A stretch of 64,000 nt of DNA from the human T2T-CHM13v2.0 reference genome, Homo sapiens (GCF_009914755.1 NC_060930.1); one strand, 5' to 3'. Positions 1-14,207 are shown, counted from the first letter of the stretch. Translations and numbers: made by a program. Notes: generated by a model not told the origin, from the letters alone.

Positions 1-229
1 TCTGTTTGTTAGTTTTCCTTCTAATAGGACCCTTAGCTGCAGGTCTGTTGGAGTACCCTGCCATGTGAAGTGTCAGTGTGCCCCTGCTGGGGGGTGCCTC
101 CCAATTAGGCTGCTCAGGGGTCAGGGGTCAGGGACCCACTTGAGGAGGCAGTCTGCCTGTTCTCAGATCTCCAGCTGCGTGCTGGGAGAACCACTGCTCT
201 CTTCAAAGCTGTCAGACAGGGACATTTAA

Positions 230-450
230 GTCTGCAGAAGTTACTGCTGTCTTTTTGTTTGTCTGTGCCCTGCCCCCAGAGGTGGAGCCTACAGAGGCAG
301 GCAGGCCTCCTTGAGCTGTGGTGGGCTCCATCCAGTTTGAGCTTCCTGGATGCTTTGTTTACCTAAGCAAGCCTGGGCAATGGTGGGCGCCCCTCCCCCA
401 GCCTTGCGGCCGCCTTGCAGTTTGATCTCAAACTGCTGTGCTAGCAATCA
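230..450 (+). promoter_or_regulatory. L1 antisense promoter region, oriented the same way as PRIM2
   Basis: Corresponds to about nt 380-600 of the L1 5'UTR, the established ASP location. Activity is not shown by the sequence. Confidence 0.55.
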
Positions 451-688
451 GTGAGACTCCGTGGGCATAGGACCCTCTGAGCCAGGTGCGGGATATAATC
501 TCGTGGTGCGCCATTTTTTAAGCCCGTCAGAAAAGCGCAGTATTCGGGTGGGAGTGACCCAATTTTCCAGGTGCAGTCTGTCACCCCTTTCTTTGACTAG
601 GAAAGGGAATTCCCTGACCCCTTGTGCTTCCGGAGTGAGGCAATGCCTCGCCCTGCTTTGGCTTGTGCAGAGTGCACGCACCCACTGA
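380..688 (+). pseudogene. L1 ORF0 (antisense ORF), disrupted
   Basis: ATG at 380 gives MVGAPPPALRPPCSLISNCCASNQ*, with CGA>TGA at 452-454. The frame continues as track ORF 461..688 (GPSEPGAGYNLVVRHFLSPSEKRSIRVGVT...). Splice donors at 485|486 and 570|571. Confidence 0.85.
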
Positions 689-1702
689 CCTGTGCCCACT
701 ATCTGGCACTCCCTAGTGAGATGAACCCGGTACCTCAGATGGAAATGCAGAAATCACCCGTCTTCTGCGTGGCTCATGCTGGGAGCTATAGACCGGAGCT
801 GTTCCTATTCGGTCATCTTGGCTCCTCCCTGATGTATATAGTCTTTTACTCCTTTCTCTCATACCGATGCTCTCAGCAAATTGTTCTGTCTCAACCTTGA
901 AAGTATATCATTATCCAGTTTGTACTGCCACAATATTGGTCCACACCATCACCATCTCTTATCTAATTATTGCAATAGCTTCCTAATTCCTCTTCCAGCT
1001 TCTGTCTCAGAAGATTTGATCAGTGTCATTATAAGCAGAGAGTACAAGGGCCACTGTTTGGGCCAATTTTTTTCAAAAAGGGGATTTAAAATTTCTTCAA
1101 GTCCTAGGACAGAATCTCTTAATGCCCTATAGAATTTCATGTCCCATGTCTTGAGAGAGGTGATTTTCTCCTCTATGTATAGTAAATTGACCATAATATT
1201 AAGAGCTTTCCAGTATAGCCTCTGGGAATATCTGATTTTTGGGAATAGCCTTTTGATGGACAGTTGCCCTATATATCCTAAATATGTTACTAATCTTAAA
1301 ATAATGAGAATATAATGAAGTGTACTCACCACTGAAATTCTCCTGAACATAATCTTCTTTTTAAACATTTAGAATGAACTTCAGGATTTGGAACATGCTT
1401 CAGGCTGATCATTAGGAATATCAGTTATCATTGTATAGTAGAGGAAGCACTGGTTAGTAGAGATTTCCAGTTGAGTTAGTGTCAGAAAAAGCAGCATTCT
1501 GTCTTCTAAAATTAAAAATAGTTTAATTCTTTCTGGTTATTTTCCCCTCTGAAATTTGGGGCATAAGGTTACCTACTGATATTGTGGTAGCAGTGATGGT
1601 TGACTGGATTTATATATTACTTAATGGCAGATTTTACTTTAAAAAGGGAAGTTCAGTGATTGAATTTTGCAAACACTTTATCTGACTTGTATATGCCTTA
1701 GC

Positions 1703-2024
1703 TTTTTTATTTATTTATTTGGAGACAGACTCTTGCTTTGTTGCCCAGGTTGGAGTGCAGTGGTGCGATCTTCGCTCACTGCAACCTCCGCCTCCTGGGT
1801 TCAAGTAATTCTCCTGTCTCCAAGCAATTCTCCTGTGTCAGCCTCCCGAGTATCTGGGATTACAGGCACACGCCACCATGCCTGGCTAATTTTTGTATTT
1901 TTAGTAGAGACAGGGTTTTGCCATATTGGTCAAGCTGTTCTCAAACTCCTGCTCAGGTGATCCACCCTCCTCAGCCTCCCAAAGTGCTGGGATTACAGGC
2001 ATGAGCTGATGGGTACAGCCGGCC
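1703..2024 (-). mobile_element. Alu (S-type) with internal 19-bp tandem duplication
   Basis: Alu dimer. caagtaattctcctgtctc/caagcaattctcctgtgtc duplication. Flanking repeat ttagcttttt. Confidence 0.9.
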
Positions 2025-2859
2025 TTAGCTTTTTAAATTTTAAATGAATTTCCCAACTATGTAGACATGAAGTCCTTTCTGGTTTAGTGTCAAAATAAAA
2101 GATACTAATGAGAATGTCTTTGGGACATAATTATGTAGATTTAAAGGAGTGATGTAGTTTTAATTATGCCCTTTAGCTAGTGTACTTACATATTAAGCTC
2201 ATTCATGTCTCCTTTTCCCTCTGAAACATTGCTTTTCTCAAGCCCTAAATTAGTAATCAGCTCATGGGTGTACCTGAAGGTTATGTAAGTTAAGTTGAAG
2301 GCTGCCAAAGAATGTGTTTAAACTACTAATCCAAAACATACTGTTTATAGTTAGAAAAAAATGGCCCATGGGTTTACAGTGTTCTTCGCTGGATTGACAT
2401 GGAGGAAATTCCAGCCTTGTATGTTTATGTGTTCCTTTCTCTTTCCCTCCCCAAATAAAAAACATCCTTTGGTTGGAATGCATTGAAACATGTAATATAT
2501 TGTCTCCCTTTGGCTATTTTTATTAAACTCAGGGAACTTGAAGTAAAATAATAATAGTAATATGAAATTATAAGTTTCCTTTCTTTTTTTTACCTTTTTA
2601 CTTTTTTGGTTTGTTTGTTTACTTTTATTATGGGCTTCTAGATTTAATAGAAAAGTAGCTACCTCGAAGCTATGAAGTGATTTATTCACTTTAGGGCAAA
2701 ACTTATGAGGCTACCAGCCCCTATTTTGTGGGTGGTTTTGTTTTTATTTGTGAGAAGCTAGTTAGGGAAAATCATTGGTAAATTTTAAAAAGAAAGGCTC
2801 TGAAAATGTTTTGAGGCTAAATTTTCTCTTAAATAATAGTAAAAATGTAGAATTTATAA

Positions 2860-3068
2860 TAGGAGTCAGTAAACTTTCTTTAAAGGGCCAGATAGTAAAT
2901 AAATTTTGCTTTATGAACCATATGGTTTCTGTTGCACTTACTTTGCTGCTGCAGCATGAAAGCAACCATCAACAATATTTAAACAAATGGATGTAGCTGT
3001 GTTACTATCACAAAAACAGGCAGCTGTCTGGATTTGGCCTGTGGACTGGCCATAGTTGGCCATCTCCT
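2860..3068 (+). mobile_element. MER58A-like hAT-Charlie DNA transposon
   Basis: aaagggccagatagtaaata...aaaaacaggcagc...ggatttggcc matches the MER58A consensus as recalled. Confidence 0.8.
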
Positions 3069-3116
3069 AATTTAGAATGTGGATTCCTTAAATTTTTTTC
3101 TTTATTCCTTTTTCAA

Positions 3117-3153
3117 ACTGACATTAAAACACACTGACATTAAAACACACTGA
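3117..3153. repeat. 16-bp perfect tandem duplication (actgacattaaaacac)x2.3
   Basis: Directly visible. Confidence 0.9.
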
Positions 3154-3409
3154 TATGTGTTTTCGCTTTTATATACTTTTTCTCAATGATCATAATAGTT
3201 TATGAAACAAGTGGAGAAAATACTTTAAAAAAATTTAACATTATCAAAAATTCCAAATGTATACAAATACAAATTCTCACATATCTGTCATCATACTAAA
3301 CAGTTATCAGTCTTTTCCATATTTTATTTATTTATCCCTTTTTATTCTTTGTGTTTTAGCTATTTTTGAAGCAAGTTTCAGACTAAGTCATATGCCGCTC
3401 TCTCTATAT

Positions 3410-3826
3410 AAAGATATTTTTTATGAGGAACTGGCTCATGTGATTATGAAGCCTGAGAAGTTCTATGATCTGCTGTCAGCAAGCTGGAGACTCGGGAAAG
3501 CCAGTGGTGTAGTTCAATCTGAGTCCAAAGGCCTGAGAACTGGGGGAGCCAGTAAGTCCCAGTCCAAGGATAGGAGAAGACCAGTGTCTCAGCTCATGTG
3601 GTCAGGCAGACAGGAGAATTCTCCCTTCACCTTTTGTTCTATTCAGGCTCTCAACAAATTTGGTGCTGCCCTCCTACATTGGGGAGAGCAGTCTTCTTTA
3701 CAGAGCCTACTGATTCGAATACCAGTCTCATCTGGAGACACCAAGACACACTCCAAAATAATGTTTAGCTAAATATCTGGGCATGCTATGATTTAGTCAA
3801 CTTGGCATGTGAAATTAACCATCACA
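3410..3826 (-). mobile_element. MLT2-family (ERVL) LTR
   Basis: Ends ...gaaattaaccatcaca (reverse complement of TGTGATGGTTAAT). Contains gagtccaaaggcctgagaac core. Confidence 0.8.
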
Positions 3827-4869
3827 GATACCTATACACAGCAGTATGCACCTCTAAAAAAAATAGACACTTTCTTACATAATTGTAGTGTTACTGTCTT
3901 ATGACTTGGCAAAATTAGCAATAATTTTTGGTGACATCAGATATCCAGATCATGTTCCGATTTCTCCAATTGCTTAAAAAATGTTTTGTTTTTGTTTTTA
4001 CATCTGGTTTGTTTGAACTAGGATTTACATCAGGTCACGTTAGATTTGGCTGTTGTCTCATAAATCTTTTAGTAATCCCTTACCTCTCCTTTTCTCTCTC
4101 CTTTTTTGTTTTTGTTTTTTTCAGCCCATTAACTTGAAGAAATGAGCCAGTTCTATATGTTTCACATTTTGGGTTTGCTTTTTTTGTGGTGTCATTTAAT
4201 TTGTTACTGTATAACCCATTGTTTTTTTTTTCTGTAAATGGAATTAGCTCTAAAGACTTATGTAGATTCAGGCACAACCTTTTTGGCAAGAATCCTTCAT
4301 AAGTGGTACTTTATTTTTCATATTGTGTCACATAGGAAGCGTATTGGGTAGCAGTAGTTTGAAGTCTCTGTTTTGTTAAGTTCTTCAACAAGTCTATATC
4401 TAATGGTTTGTCTATCGAATGATCTTTCCAAAATCACTTACATTATTTTTATTTCTAAAGTTATTAGCTGGAATTCTTCTGTAAGAACATTTCCAAATCA
4501 TCTTAAGTGTTTGGCTTCCTCAGAAATAAATAAGGGAGATCATATTTTTATTCCATTCTGTACCTTAGTATTGAGTCTCAAAAAGGTTAAATGAATTGTC
4601 CAAACATATAAACTTTGTATCCTATATAGCTCAGAATCAAACCTAAGTTTTTGATACCAATTCTAATTATTTCAGATGCACTGCCAATGGGAGTCAGTCA
4701 GTTGACATCGTAACAGGTTCTTCTTTGTTGTTGTACGTATAGCTTTAAAAGTTAAGGGATGAGAAATAGGATGATTTAGGATAAGCCCCTTTCCTGTTTT
4801 ATTTTCTGCATAAATTCAGGAAAGAATAGGTAATTTCATCTGACAAACTACAGATATAGTTTTCAGAGC

Positions 4870-5098
4870 AATTAAGTGCTTGGAAATACAATTACTTGGA
4901 TTCAAATTCTTGCTCTGCCACTTAGCAGCTGTAACCTGACTTTTGGCAGTTTCCTTAACCTTTCTGTGCTCCAGTTTCTTCATTTGTGAAAAGAGGATCC
5001 TAATAGTATCTGTCCTAAAGGGTTGTTGTGAGGACGAAATAAAGCTAATACAAAGAAAGTGCTTAGAACCATGCCTTGTACATAGTAAGTACTCAATA
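4870..5098 (+). mobile_element. MIR SINE
   Basis: ggattcaaattcttgctctgccactt...cagtttcttcatttgtgaaa...ggttgttgtgagga core. Confidence 0.8.
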
Positions 5099-5344
5099 TC
5101 ATTTTGCTTTTCAGAAATAAAACTGTCCCATGGCCATACCTTTACTTCTACCAGTCATCCAAACCAAACATTAGAAATATTGTAATTTTGATCAGCATGG
5201 GGATTAGAAAAAAAAAAGAAAAATATTGTAATAATCATAAACTTGTAGATAGTGGTTGAGAAGATGTATAAAATCTGAATGTTTGTGTTTTAGATTTTTT
5301 GTGTTTGAATTTCTTGATGGCTTGATTTAAAATTTTTTTATTTT

Positions 5345-5601
5345 ATGATGTAAAACCATTCTGTTTTTCACTTTTACTACAGTGTTCAATACATTACATG
5401 AGATATTTAATGCTTTTATAAGGTAAGCTTTGTGTTGGATTAGTTTGCCCAACTGTAGGCAAATGTAAGTGTTCTGAGCATGTTTAAAGTAAGCTGTGAT
5501 TTTTGGTAGGCTGGGTGTATTAAAATTCATTTTTGACATGATATTTTCAACTTATGATGGGTTTATCAGGACATAACCCCACCATAAGTTGGGGAAGGTC
5601 T
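5345..5601 (-). mobile_element. MER47-like TcMar-Tigger DNA transposon fragment
   Basis: gcccaactgtagg..aatgtaagtgttctgagcatgtttaa...caacttatgatgggtttatc. Confidence 0.75.
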
Positions 5602-7781
5602 CCACTTTTCTTTAGAGTCTTAAAGCTCTTCCCCAAGTGCAGTAGGAAAAGCGATCATAAGTATTGCCTTATATTCACTAGGACATAAAATACGTTATTG
5701 TGTAGTATGTGAGAAAGCAAAATGCCCTTTGCCTTTTCCCCCCCGTTTTTCATTACCTACTTGCTAGAGTTATAGATAGTATCACTTGATTGAAATTGTG
5801 TTTATAATCACATCTTAGTCATGTTGGGGGAGATTTTTTATAGACATGTTTTAAAAGATCCTTTTAGCAGGCTATTTTTCATCATTTAAAGAGCAAGAGA
5901 AATCATATTTTTCCAGAAGTACTGCAGTGAAATCTGCCTATAACTATAATTCTGCATTATGTTTTCATAGTTGACATCTTAAAATGTGAATGAAGGTATG
6001 TATATGCATTTGGTTTGATTTTAGACTGTTTGTTCATAGGCATTTCTTCTCTGATTTGTTATACAATATTATGAAAAGCTTTTTGCTATATATTTCCTGA
6101 GCTGTCAAAAAGTATCTGACTTTTTGAGTATGACTGAAAAAAATACTTCAAAAGGACAATTGTGTTCAATAAATATATAGTCCATATTATTTAAAAATTT
6201 GCCCAGTATTTGAAAATGCTTTGTATTTGACCACATAAATCAGAGTGGGTATGCCCAGTCCAATTTTCTAGGTGGATAGGTAGGAAAATATGTTTTTCCC
6301 TGACCAATAATGTCATCTATTATGTCACCCAAATGCAATGAATAACTTGGTTTTGTTTTACTGTAAAGATCCTAAACCTTCTTTTATTGGTCTTTTCCCC
6401 TTTGTTTATGTGAGATTACATCATCTAATCTGAGGTAGGAAGAGCTGCCATCTGAAGAACTGCAGGTTTGTAGGCTTCTGTGTCAATATTTTATGGGGAA
6501 AACCCCTACTATTTATTATTTATTCCTTGAATCAGCTTTTCAGTATTACTTGTTCACTACATGCCCCAGCATTTCTGTATTTGAGAATGAAACACCATTG
6601 TAGAACATTATGATAGACTAGAATAAAATTGGAAGCAGTAATCATGGCTTTTCTATTTAACAGTTTTGATTGTCAAAGGAAAATGTATAGAAAATTCTAT
6701 TCTTACAAAGATATTAAGGGAATAATAAAAATGGTGAGCAACCATGTGGTTAAATGTGAAGATTGGAGAGCTATCTAAGACTTAAAGGGGGTGTGCCTGT
6801 CCAGGTACTTTGCTACAAATACATGCGTTTTCAACTATGCTGGTTAAAGCCTGAGCATTAGAAAGAAAATTGGATCTAAAGGCTGAAGGCCACAGGCCAG
6901 GCCCTTACAACCTCTTTGGGAGCTCTGAAAAGCTTTTTACCCTCTCTGGGCCTGTTTTCCCCCCAACTAAAGGAAAGAAAGAGTGCCTGCTTTTTGGTGA
7001 CGATCAAGACTTAAGTACATTTTCTATAAGTGTAAGTTCTTTCTGAACTTCAGATTGCTATTCCACCAAAGTTAGGATGAGCTATATTGGTTATGAGGGA
7101 GTACAGTGATGATTATTTGGGTCTGTTAAGATTTAACTTGGTTCATTTCATCATTCTGGTCAAGATACTTACTTTTCCTAAGGTCTGTCTTATGCTCTCA
7201 TTTTTATATGGGAATAATAATCTCTATTTTTTGGGTTCTTGTGAGGAGCAGGGATAATGTCTGTCAAGTGCCTGACACACTGCTGAGCACATATAGGCAC
7301 TCTAAGTTGTAGCTGTTGTTAATTTACTTTAAAAAAATTATTGATAGTTAACAAATACTATTTTATGCATGTTAATTTGAAAGGAAGTAAATGAGCCCTT
7401 TTGATAGCAGGAAAAGTTGCAGATATTAACAGTAAGTGGCATTTGTGAAGAGCATAATTTTCCAATAATTTTTTAAGTAATTGGATTAGTTAAAAATTAA
7501 TTGTTGCAAAATTAAGTAAACAATATTGATTTTTCTTAAAACCAAAACACTGATAACTACAAAAAGTAAGGAAGTTCTAAGTCTAGATTTGCTTATGGTC
7601 TTTCTTTTCTCCCTGAATGCCATCATCTATGTTCATTACTCAGACTTTTTTGAAAATAGAATTTGAACATAAACTTGTAGAAGTATAATTAAATGAGAAA
7701 AATATATATTGAGGTTTATAATCTGCCTGTGAATTCTAAGGTGAATTCATCAACCTTCAGTTTTTATTTCAGTTCTTACCC

Positions 7782-8077
7782 TTTTCTTTTCTTTTCTTTT
7801 TGAGATGGAGTCTTGCTCTGTTGCCAGGCTGGAGTGTAGTGGCACGATCTTGGCTCACTACAACCTCTGCTTCCCAAGTTCAGGCTATTCTGCCTTAGCC
7901 TCCTGAGTAGCTGGGACTACAGGCACGTGCCACCATGCCCAGCTAATTTTTGTATTTTTAGTAGAGACAGGGTTTCACTATGTTAGCCAGGATGGTCTCG
8001 ATCTCTTGACCTCATGATCCGCCCGCCTTGGCCTCCCAAAGTGCTGGGATTACAGGCTTGAGCCACCATGCCCTGCC
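7782..8077 (-). mobile_element. AluSc-like
   Basis: Full dimer. ttgccaggctgg single-C loss and ctcttgacctcatgatcc. Confidence 0.9.
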
Positions 8078-9409
8078 GCTTTGTTTAACTTTATTAGTTA
8101 TTCTTGCCCATTATTTTCTTGTGGATGTGAACATGAATTGTATGTGCATCAGAAGCCATATTTTTAGTTCGTTAACTCATGGCAGCTGCTGAGCCATGGT
8201 GAGATCTTTAAGAAAGGTAATAGAAACACTTGTCTAAGAAAATGGTAGGAATCTAAGTTAACTGATGTGAAAGAGCTGTGTATACGTCTCTTTATTGTGC
8301 TGTTTTATATAGGTCTATAATGAAAGCCAAATGCCTTTGTTTCGTCTTTTTGGTTTGATGCCTTGCCAGTATCATAGAGCAGGAAATGAATTTTATCATT
8401 TCTTTTGTGATCACCTAATTAGCAAATGTCTTTAATTTCCTTTTAGAATTCATGAACTTGATTATATTTTCCTATTCACTGTCAGTAATAATCTTGACTA
8501 TCCCATTTCTCTATATGCTGCTGGCTTTCTCTTCATATCTATGAACAGCACTGTTTTTCTAACATTAAGATAATTTTTCTAATTGTGTTGTCAAATACTC
8601 AGGAAATGAACATTGAAAGGATGGATTCTTTTCTGGGGATTCTAATAAAAAAGTATCAAGTGGCTTTCCAGGATGTAAAGGAGCAATAATATAGGTAAAA
8701 CAGTGCCTAGAACAGAGTAAGCCCTCAATAAATAGCTATTATTATGGTTAGAAAATAACTTTTATTTGCCAAACAGTAAATCACAAATTTTGAACTATGC
8801 ATTCAAGATTATTGAATTTTGCAGTCACTATTTTATGGCTGTTGAGAAGAGAAATTTCCACTGGTCATCAGTTTTTAGTGAGAGACTTCAAGAAAGTGTG
8901 TAAACTTTCTTCATCTTCAGGTTGTAAAGCTGAGGAGCATTTTTTTTATTAAAGTTACCATGAAATTGGTGTCATTCCTGTAATTTTTTTGCCAGCAAGA
9001 TATGCACAGGGGCAATTTACAGATAGAATTTTATTGGAAAAGAAAATCTATTTGATTTACATAATGATAAAACAGTAAAGAATGCTGTGTTCCTCTAGTT
9101 CCCTCATATTGAGGTATCTAAAACCCAAATAAAAAATACATGAAAAGCATTTTCTCATCTTTTTTACCTTTTAATCATTTCCCTTTAGAACACCTGTCAT
9201 TTCTGTCAAAAGATTTTGCATAAACTTATAATTTTATTGCATTATTATTTTGAGCTTTAAGATGGCAAATTAGAAATGGCATATCTTCTTTAAATTATTA
9301 TCAAAGCAAAAGTTCCTACATATCAGTAAGGTAATGAATAAGAATTATGTTTTTTCCTCATGATCTCCCTATTGTGCCTATTATTATACAGAACAAAAAC
9401 AACAATGAA

Positions 9410-9929
<520 letters not shown>

Positions 9930-10969
9930 TTATCAAGGTGGAGCTGTCTTGATTCATGTAAAATCCATGAGAGGAACCTCTAATCACTCCTAGTTCTGCC
10001 TCCATGTCAACCCCTGTATGTGTTAAATACTTACCATCTTACTTTGCATTTGTTGAAATGTTTCTCTATATTTGTTTTATCGTTCATGAATATTTTGTAT
10101 CTCCAACTACAATTTTTAAATCCTAGATTTTTTTCTAAGTTATGCCTCTTATTTCCTGCCTGCTTCCTCAGTGTCCAGTATAGCACCCTACAGTCTATTT
10201 CTTTAAGGGAAGAAAAAGTTTAATTAATGAACAAGATGCTGTCAATGTAGTATAGCAAAAAGGAGAAGAAAATGCACATTAAAGCTCCCTTTTATTTTGC
10301 TTTGTTCAATCCCCAGTTGAATGGAATAGTGTTGAGTGGCAGCCAAAACCATGGAATTTGAGATTACTTGTTTCAATATTGAATGAAGCCTCAGCTCAGA
10401 GAGATGGGTTTTAGTGCATTTTTTTTCCCTTAGTGGAATTAAGGTGACTTTCCTTTGCACGTTGTGTCACCTCAATTTAAGAACTAAACAGCTTGCGCTT
10501 GTTGGTTGGGTAACTTAATTTTGCAGGTTTGTGGGATATGATGTTTTCATAACGGAAGGGAAGATAGATAATAATCCTCTGAACCTTTAAGGAATTGAGA
10601 TTTAACAGTACATTATACATTTATATGCAATTTTGTGTGCATACCTGTGGAATTTATAGTTTTTCAAGATCCTCACTGTCAAGCACAGTGGGCATAAGGC
10701 AGAGAGATTTAAGGGAATAGAGAGATGTCCCTGCCATCACGGTTCACTGTCCAGATTGGATGAATATAGCTAAGAAAGAGAGACCAAATCACGTGATGGG
10801 GGATACATCCATTGTTTAAACAAGCCAGAGCAGCACATTTTGTGAAAGGTGAATTATTTGGTATTATAAGGTAAAACAAATTCTAGCCTTTTTACAAATC
10901 ACCTAATGTAGCTGCTTGGGAAAGGGCTCTCATCTGCCACTACTTAAGTTTGAAAAGTAATGTTATGCT

Positions 10970-11169
10970 TTTCTTTATTTAGTTACTTATTTATTTACTT
11001 TTGTTAGAGATAGGTTTTTTCTCTGTCTCCCAGGATAGAATGCAGTGGCACAGTCATAGAGTAACCTCACTGTATGTGAGGTTAACCTCAAACTCTTGGG
11101 CTCAAGCAATCCTTCTGCCTTGGCCTCTCAAATTGCTGGGATTACATGCTTGAGCCACCGCACCTGGCC
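10970..11169 (-). mobile_element. Monomeric Alu (FAM/FRAM or collapsed AluJ) carrying a palindromic insertion
   Basis: A right-arm-type 3' part is joined directly to a left-arm-type 5' end, with no A-linker. Confidence 0.75.
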
Positions 11170-12026
11170 TATACTTTCATTTATTTAGAAGCAAGTTAAT
11201 TTGTCAACTTGTCTTGGGGATTATTATTAAACAAATTACTCTTTAAGCTGCACGTCAAAATAGTATTATTCCCGTAATTTTACATGTGTTGTGTTTCTCA
11301 TTATTGTTCTGCTCATTTGTATGCTATATAGGACATCAGAGGCAGCTTTTGAGTTTTAAAGAAAGTTCATCTACATGTGAAGTGGCTAGTGGAGTTGTGA
11401 TCCTAGAAGTTATCCTATCAGAACACCATGCTCAGATTTGCATAGTCATCCTCAGCTTTCTTTTTTTATTACAGTCTATTTAAATGATTAAATTTGAATT
11501 AATATATATTAAAGTTCTTCAGGAACAGCATTTCTTTATAAAACAGAATAGAAAATAATTCTTATTTTATGCTCAGTTTATGACATGATAAACCAAAAAG
11601 AGAACTTTGGAAATTGTGTATAGCAGTATGGTAATTTAAAGATCACTCATATAAGCTTTTAACGATTATATATACGTGTGTGTGTGTTTCAGGAGAAAAG
11701 TCGTTTCATGTGATAATCTATTCAGGTAAAGTATCTAGGTAAAATGATAAGCAATTGGATTTGTCTTTGGAAGTTTCTAAATGTGATATAGCATAGGAAA
11801 ACAAATACGGGCAGAAAAATCCCTTAATGTAATTAAATAGCATAATAACATCCTTACACACATATATAGAGTTTCCGCGTAGTTGGTGGTAGAGACAAGT
11901 TGTAATGAATTAAGCCCAAATTTGAACTTCAGGACTTTTGAGTTTACCTATCTACTCTTCTGCTATGGCTTTGGAGAAATAATCTATTACTCAGAAACTT
12001 TAGCTATAAAATGATAACTGTAGTAG

Positions 12027-12535
12027 TGAGGCAAAAGAATAGGCTCTGAAGGCAGGGAACCTAAGGCCAATTCATGCAAACTTCCTGGAACTAAATCCTA
12101 GGACCTTCATTTGCATAAGGTGCCTATTCACACCAGCCTCCGATTGGCCATGAGGCAAACCTGCACTGTGGCCTATGATTGGTCTATTTTACAACCTTCA
12201 TTTGCATAAATAAGGTGCCAATCCCACTTGTCTTTGATTGGCCATGGGCCAGTTCACTTTGGCCTCTAATTGGCATGAGCCAGCCCTTCATTTACATAGG
12301 GTGTAACCAATGGGAGACCTCTAGAGGGTACTTAAACCCCAGAAGACTTTGCTACCAAGGCTTTTGAGCCACTTTCTCGGGCCTCTGCCATTCTATGGAG
12401 TGTGCTTTCACTACTATTGCCTCCCACTTCAGTAAGTCTACACTTTCCTTGCTTGTTTGTGTGTGCTGTTCAGTTCTGTGTTCAGTGTGCCAAGGACCTG
12501 AACAACTCACGATCAGAACCTTCTACCCAGTAACA
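12027..12535 (+). mobile_element. MER51-family (ERV1) solo LTR
   Basis: Starts tgaggcaaaagaatagg..ggcagggaacctaaggcc, ends cccagtaaca. TSD gtag/gtac. Confidence 0.85.
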
Positions 12536-13818
12536 GTACTGAGAAAAATACTGTAAATTTATTTAAAATCAACTAGTTATATAATTTGCAAGTTGGCAAC
12601 TTTTAATTTTCTAATAATTACCTATAGGAAATATTAGGAAAAGGTAATTTCTGTCATCATCACCACCAACAATATTTAGTGTGCCTGTAATGCACTAGCC
12701 AGGAAAGAGGGAGACTGAGACCGTTGGGGTCTGAAAAGGAGCAAGGACCAACTTCAGGATCTTCTACCCACTCTGCTGTACTCTTTTTCCAGTAAGGCAG
12801 GAATTCTTTTAGCTCAGATCCAGAGGAGAGACTGTGAAATGAAAAATTACAGGGTATCGTTTATTCAGTAAGTACTAGATAGAATCATATGAAGTTGCTG
12901 TTAATATAGATCAAAAATAGTACAATGTCATGGCAGTTTCATGTAGTCCCATCTAATATTTATAGAGCTCTCGGTATGTCCTGGGCATTGTTATGGGTGC
13001 TTAAAGGTATAGAACTTAACAAAATAGACAAAATCCCTGTCTTCCTGGAGTTTGCATTCTCAGAGAACCTCCAGCAAGACTGCTCTTCTTACCCTAGAGT
13101 CAGGTATACCCAACTACCTGCTCTGTGTCTCCCCTTGGATGCCAAATAGGCTCCTCAAACATAACATGGCCCAGATCAATCTCCTGGTGGATAAACAATA
13201 CACTTAGATTTTCTTCCTGCCTTATAGATAGAAATCAGGGCTAGAAGGACCATGAACGACCTAGCCCAAGATCCATCTTTTTCTCTCTTTCTCACTGTCG
13301 AGTTAATAGAGCCAATAAATAAGATAGTAATTTCTATCACATTAAATGGTGATTTTTATCTGTTGAATTGTAAAATGTACCCAGACATGAAAAGGGAGGC
13401 TGGTAGACTGCTGAACACAACTATGATGTATTTGCTTTTTCTAATACATTGCGACAAGCTATTCTGTATCCTTCACTACACATTGTAAATAGCTGAGAGG
13501 TGTTATGATTCAGTGAATGAGCTGTGGATAGGGAATCAGCAGACCTAGATTGGAGTTTTAGATTTGCTATTGAGGGACTCTGTTACTCAGCTAGCCATCA
13601 GCAAATATAAATAAGTTAACTATTCCTACATACTTAAATGATATTGTGAAAATAAATGAGATAATTACCAAGTGGTTGGAAAATTTACTCTTGGGTGATA
13701 ATTGATATACAAAATATAGGTAGTTTTAATATTCAGTTTAATTAATCTGTTTTTTTCTTAATTAAGGTACTACAGACTTCAAAACTTTGATACGCTTTAA
13801 AATGTATTAAATTGTCTG

Positions 13819-14207
<389 letters not shown>

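Larger units (their letters stand above)
1..829 (-). mobile_element. 5'UTR of a young L1 (L1PA2/late L1PA3) with intact 5' terminus; the element continues left of the window
   Basis: Reverse complement begins GGGAGGAGCCAAGATGACCGAATAGGAACAGCTCC. Shows the 129-bp-deleted junction (gttggagtaccctgcc, ~47-62) typical of late L1PA3/L1PA2/L1HS. Confidence 0.93.

Noticed and set aside
1667-2004. Many 60-110 aa ORFs with [18 protein letters not shown] motifs, here and elsewhere
   Set aside because: Standard Alu-derived reading frames.
3257-3772. Longest ORF in the track (171 aa)
   Set aside because: Runs through an MLT2 LTR and old repeat sequence. No recognisable protein similarity or splice context.
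12100-12300. Regularly spaced repeats resembling a CRISPR-like array
   Set aside because: The whole units are homologous LTR U3 repeats with no unique spacers, in a eukaryotic context.
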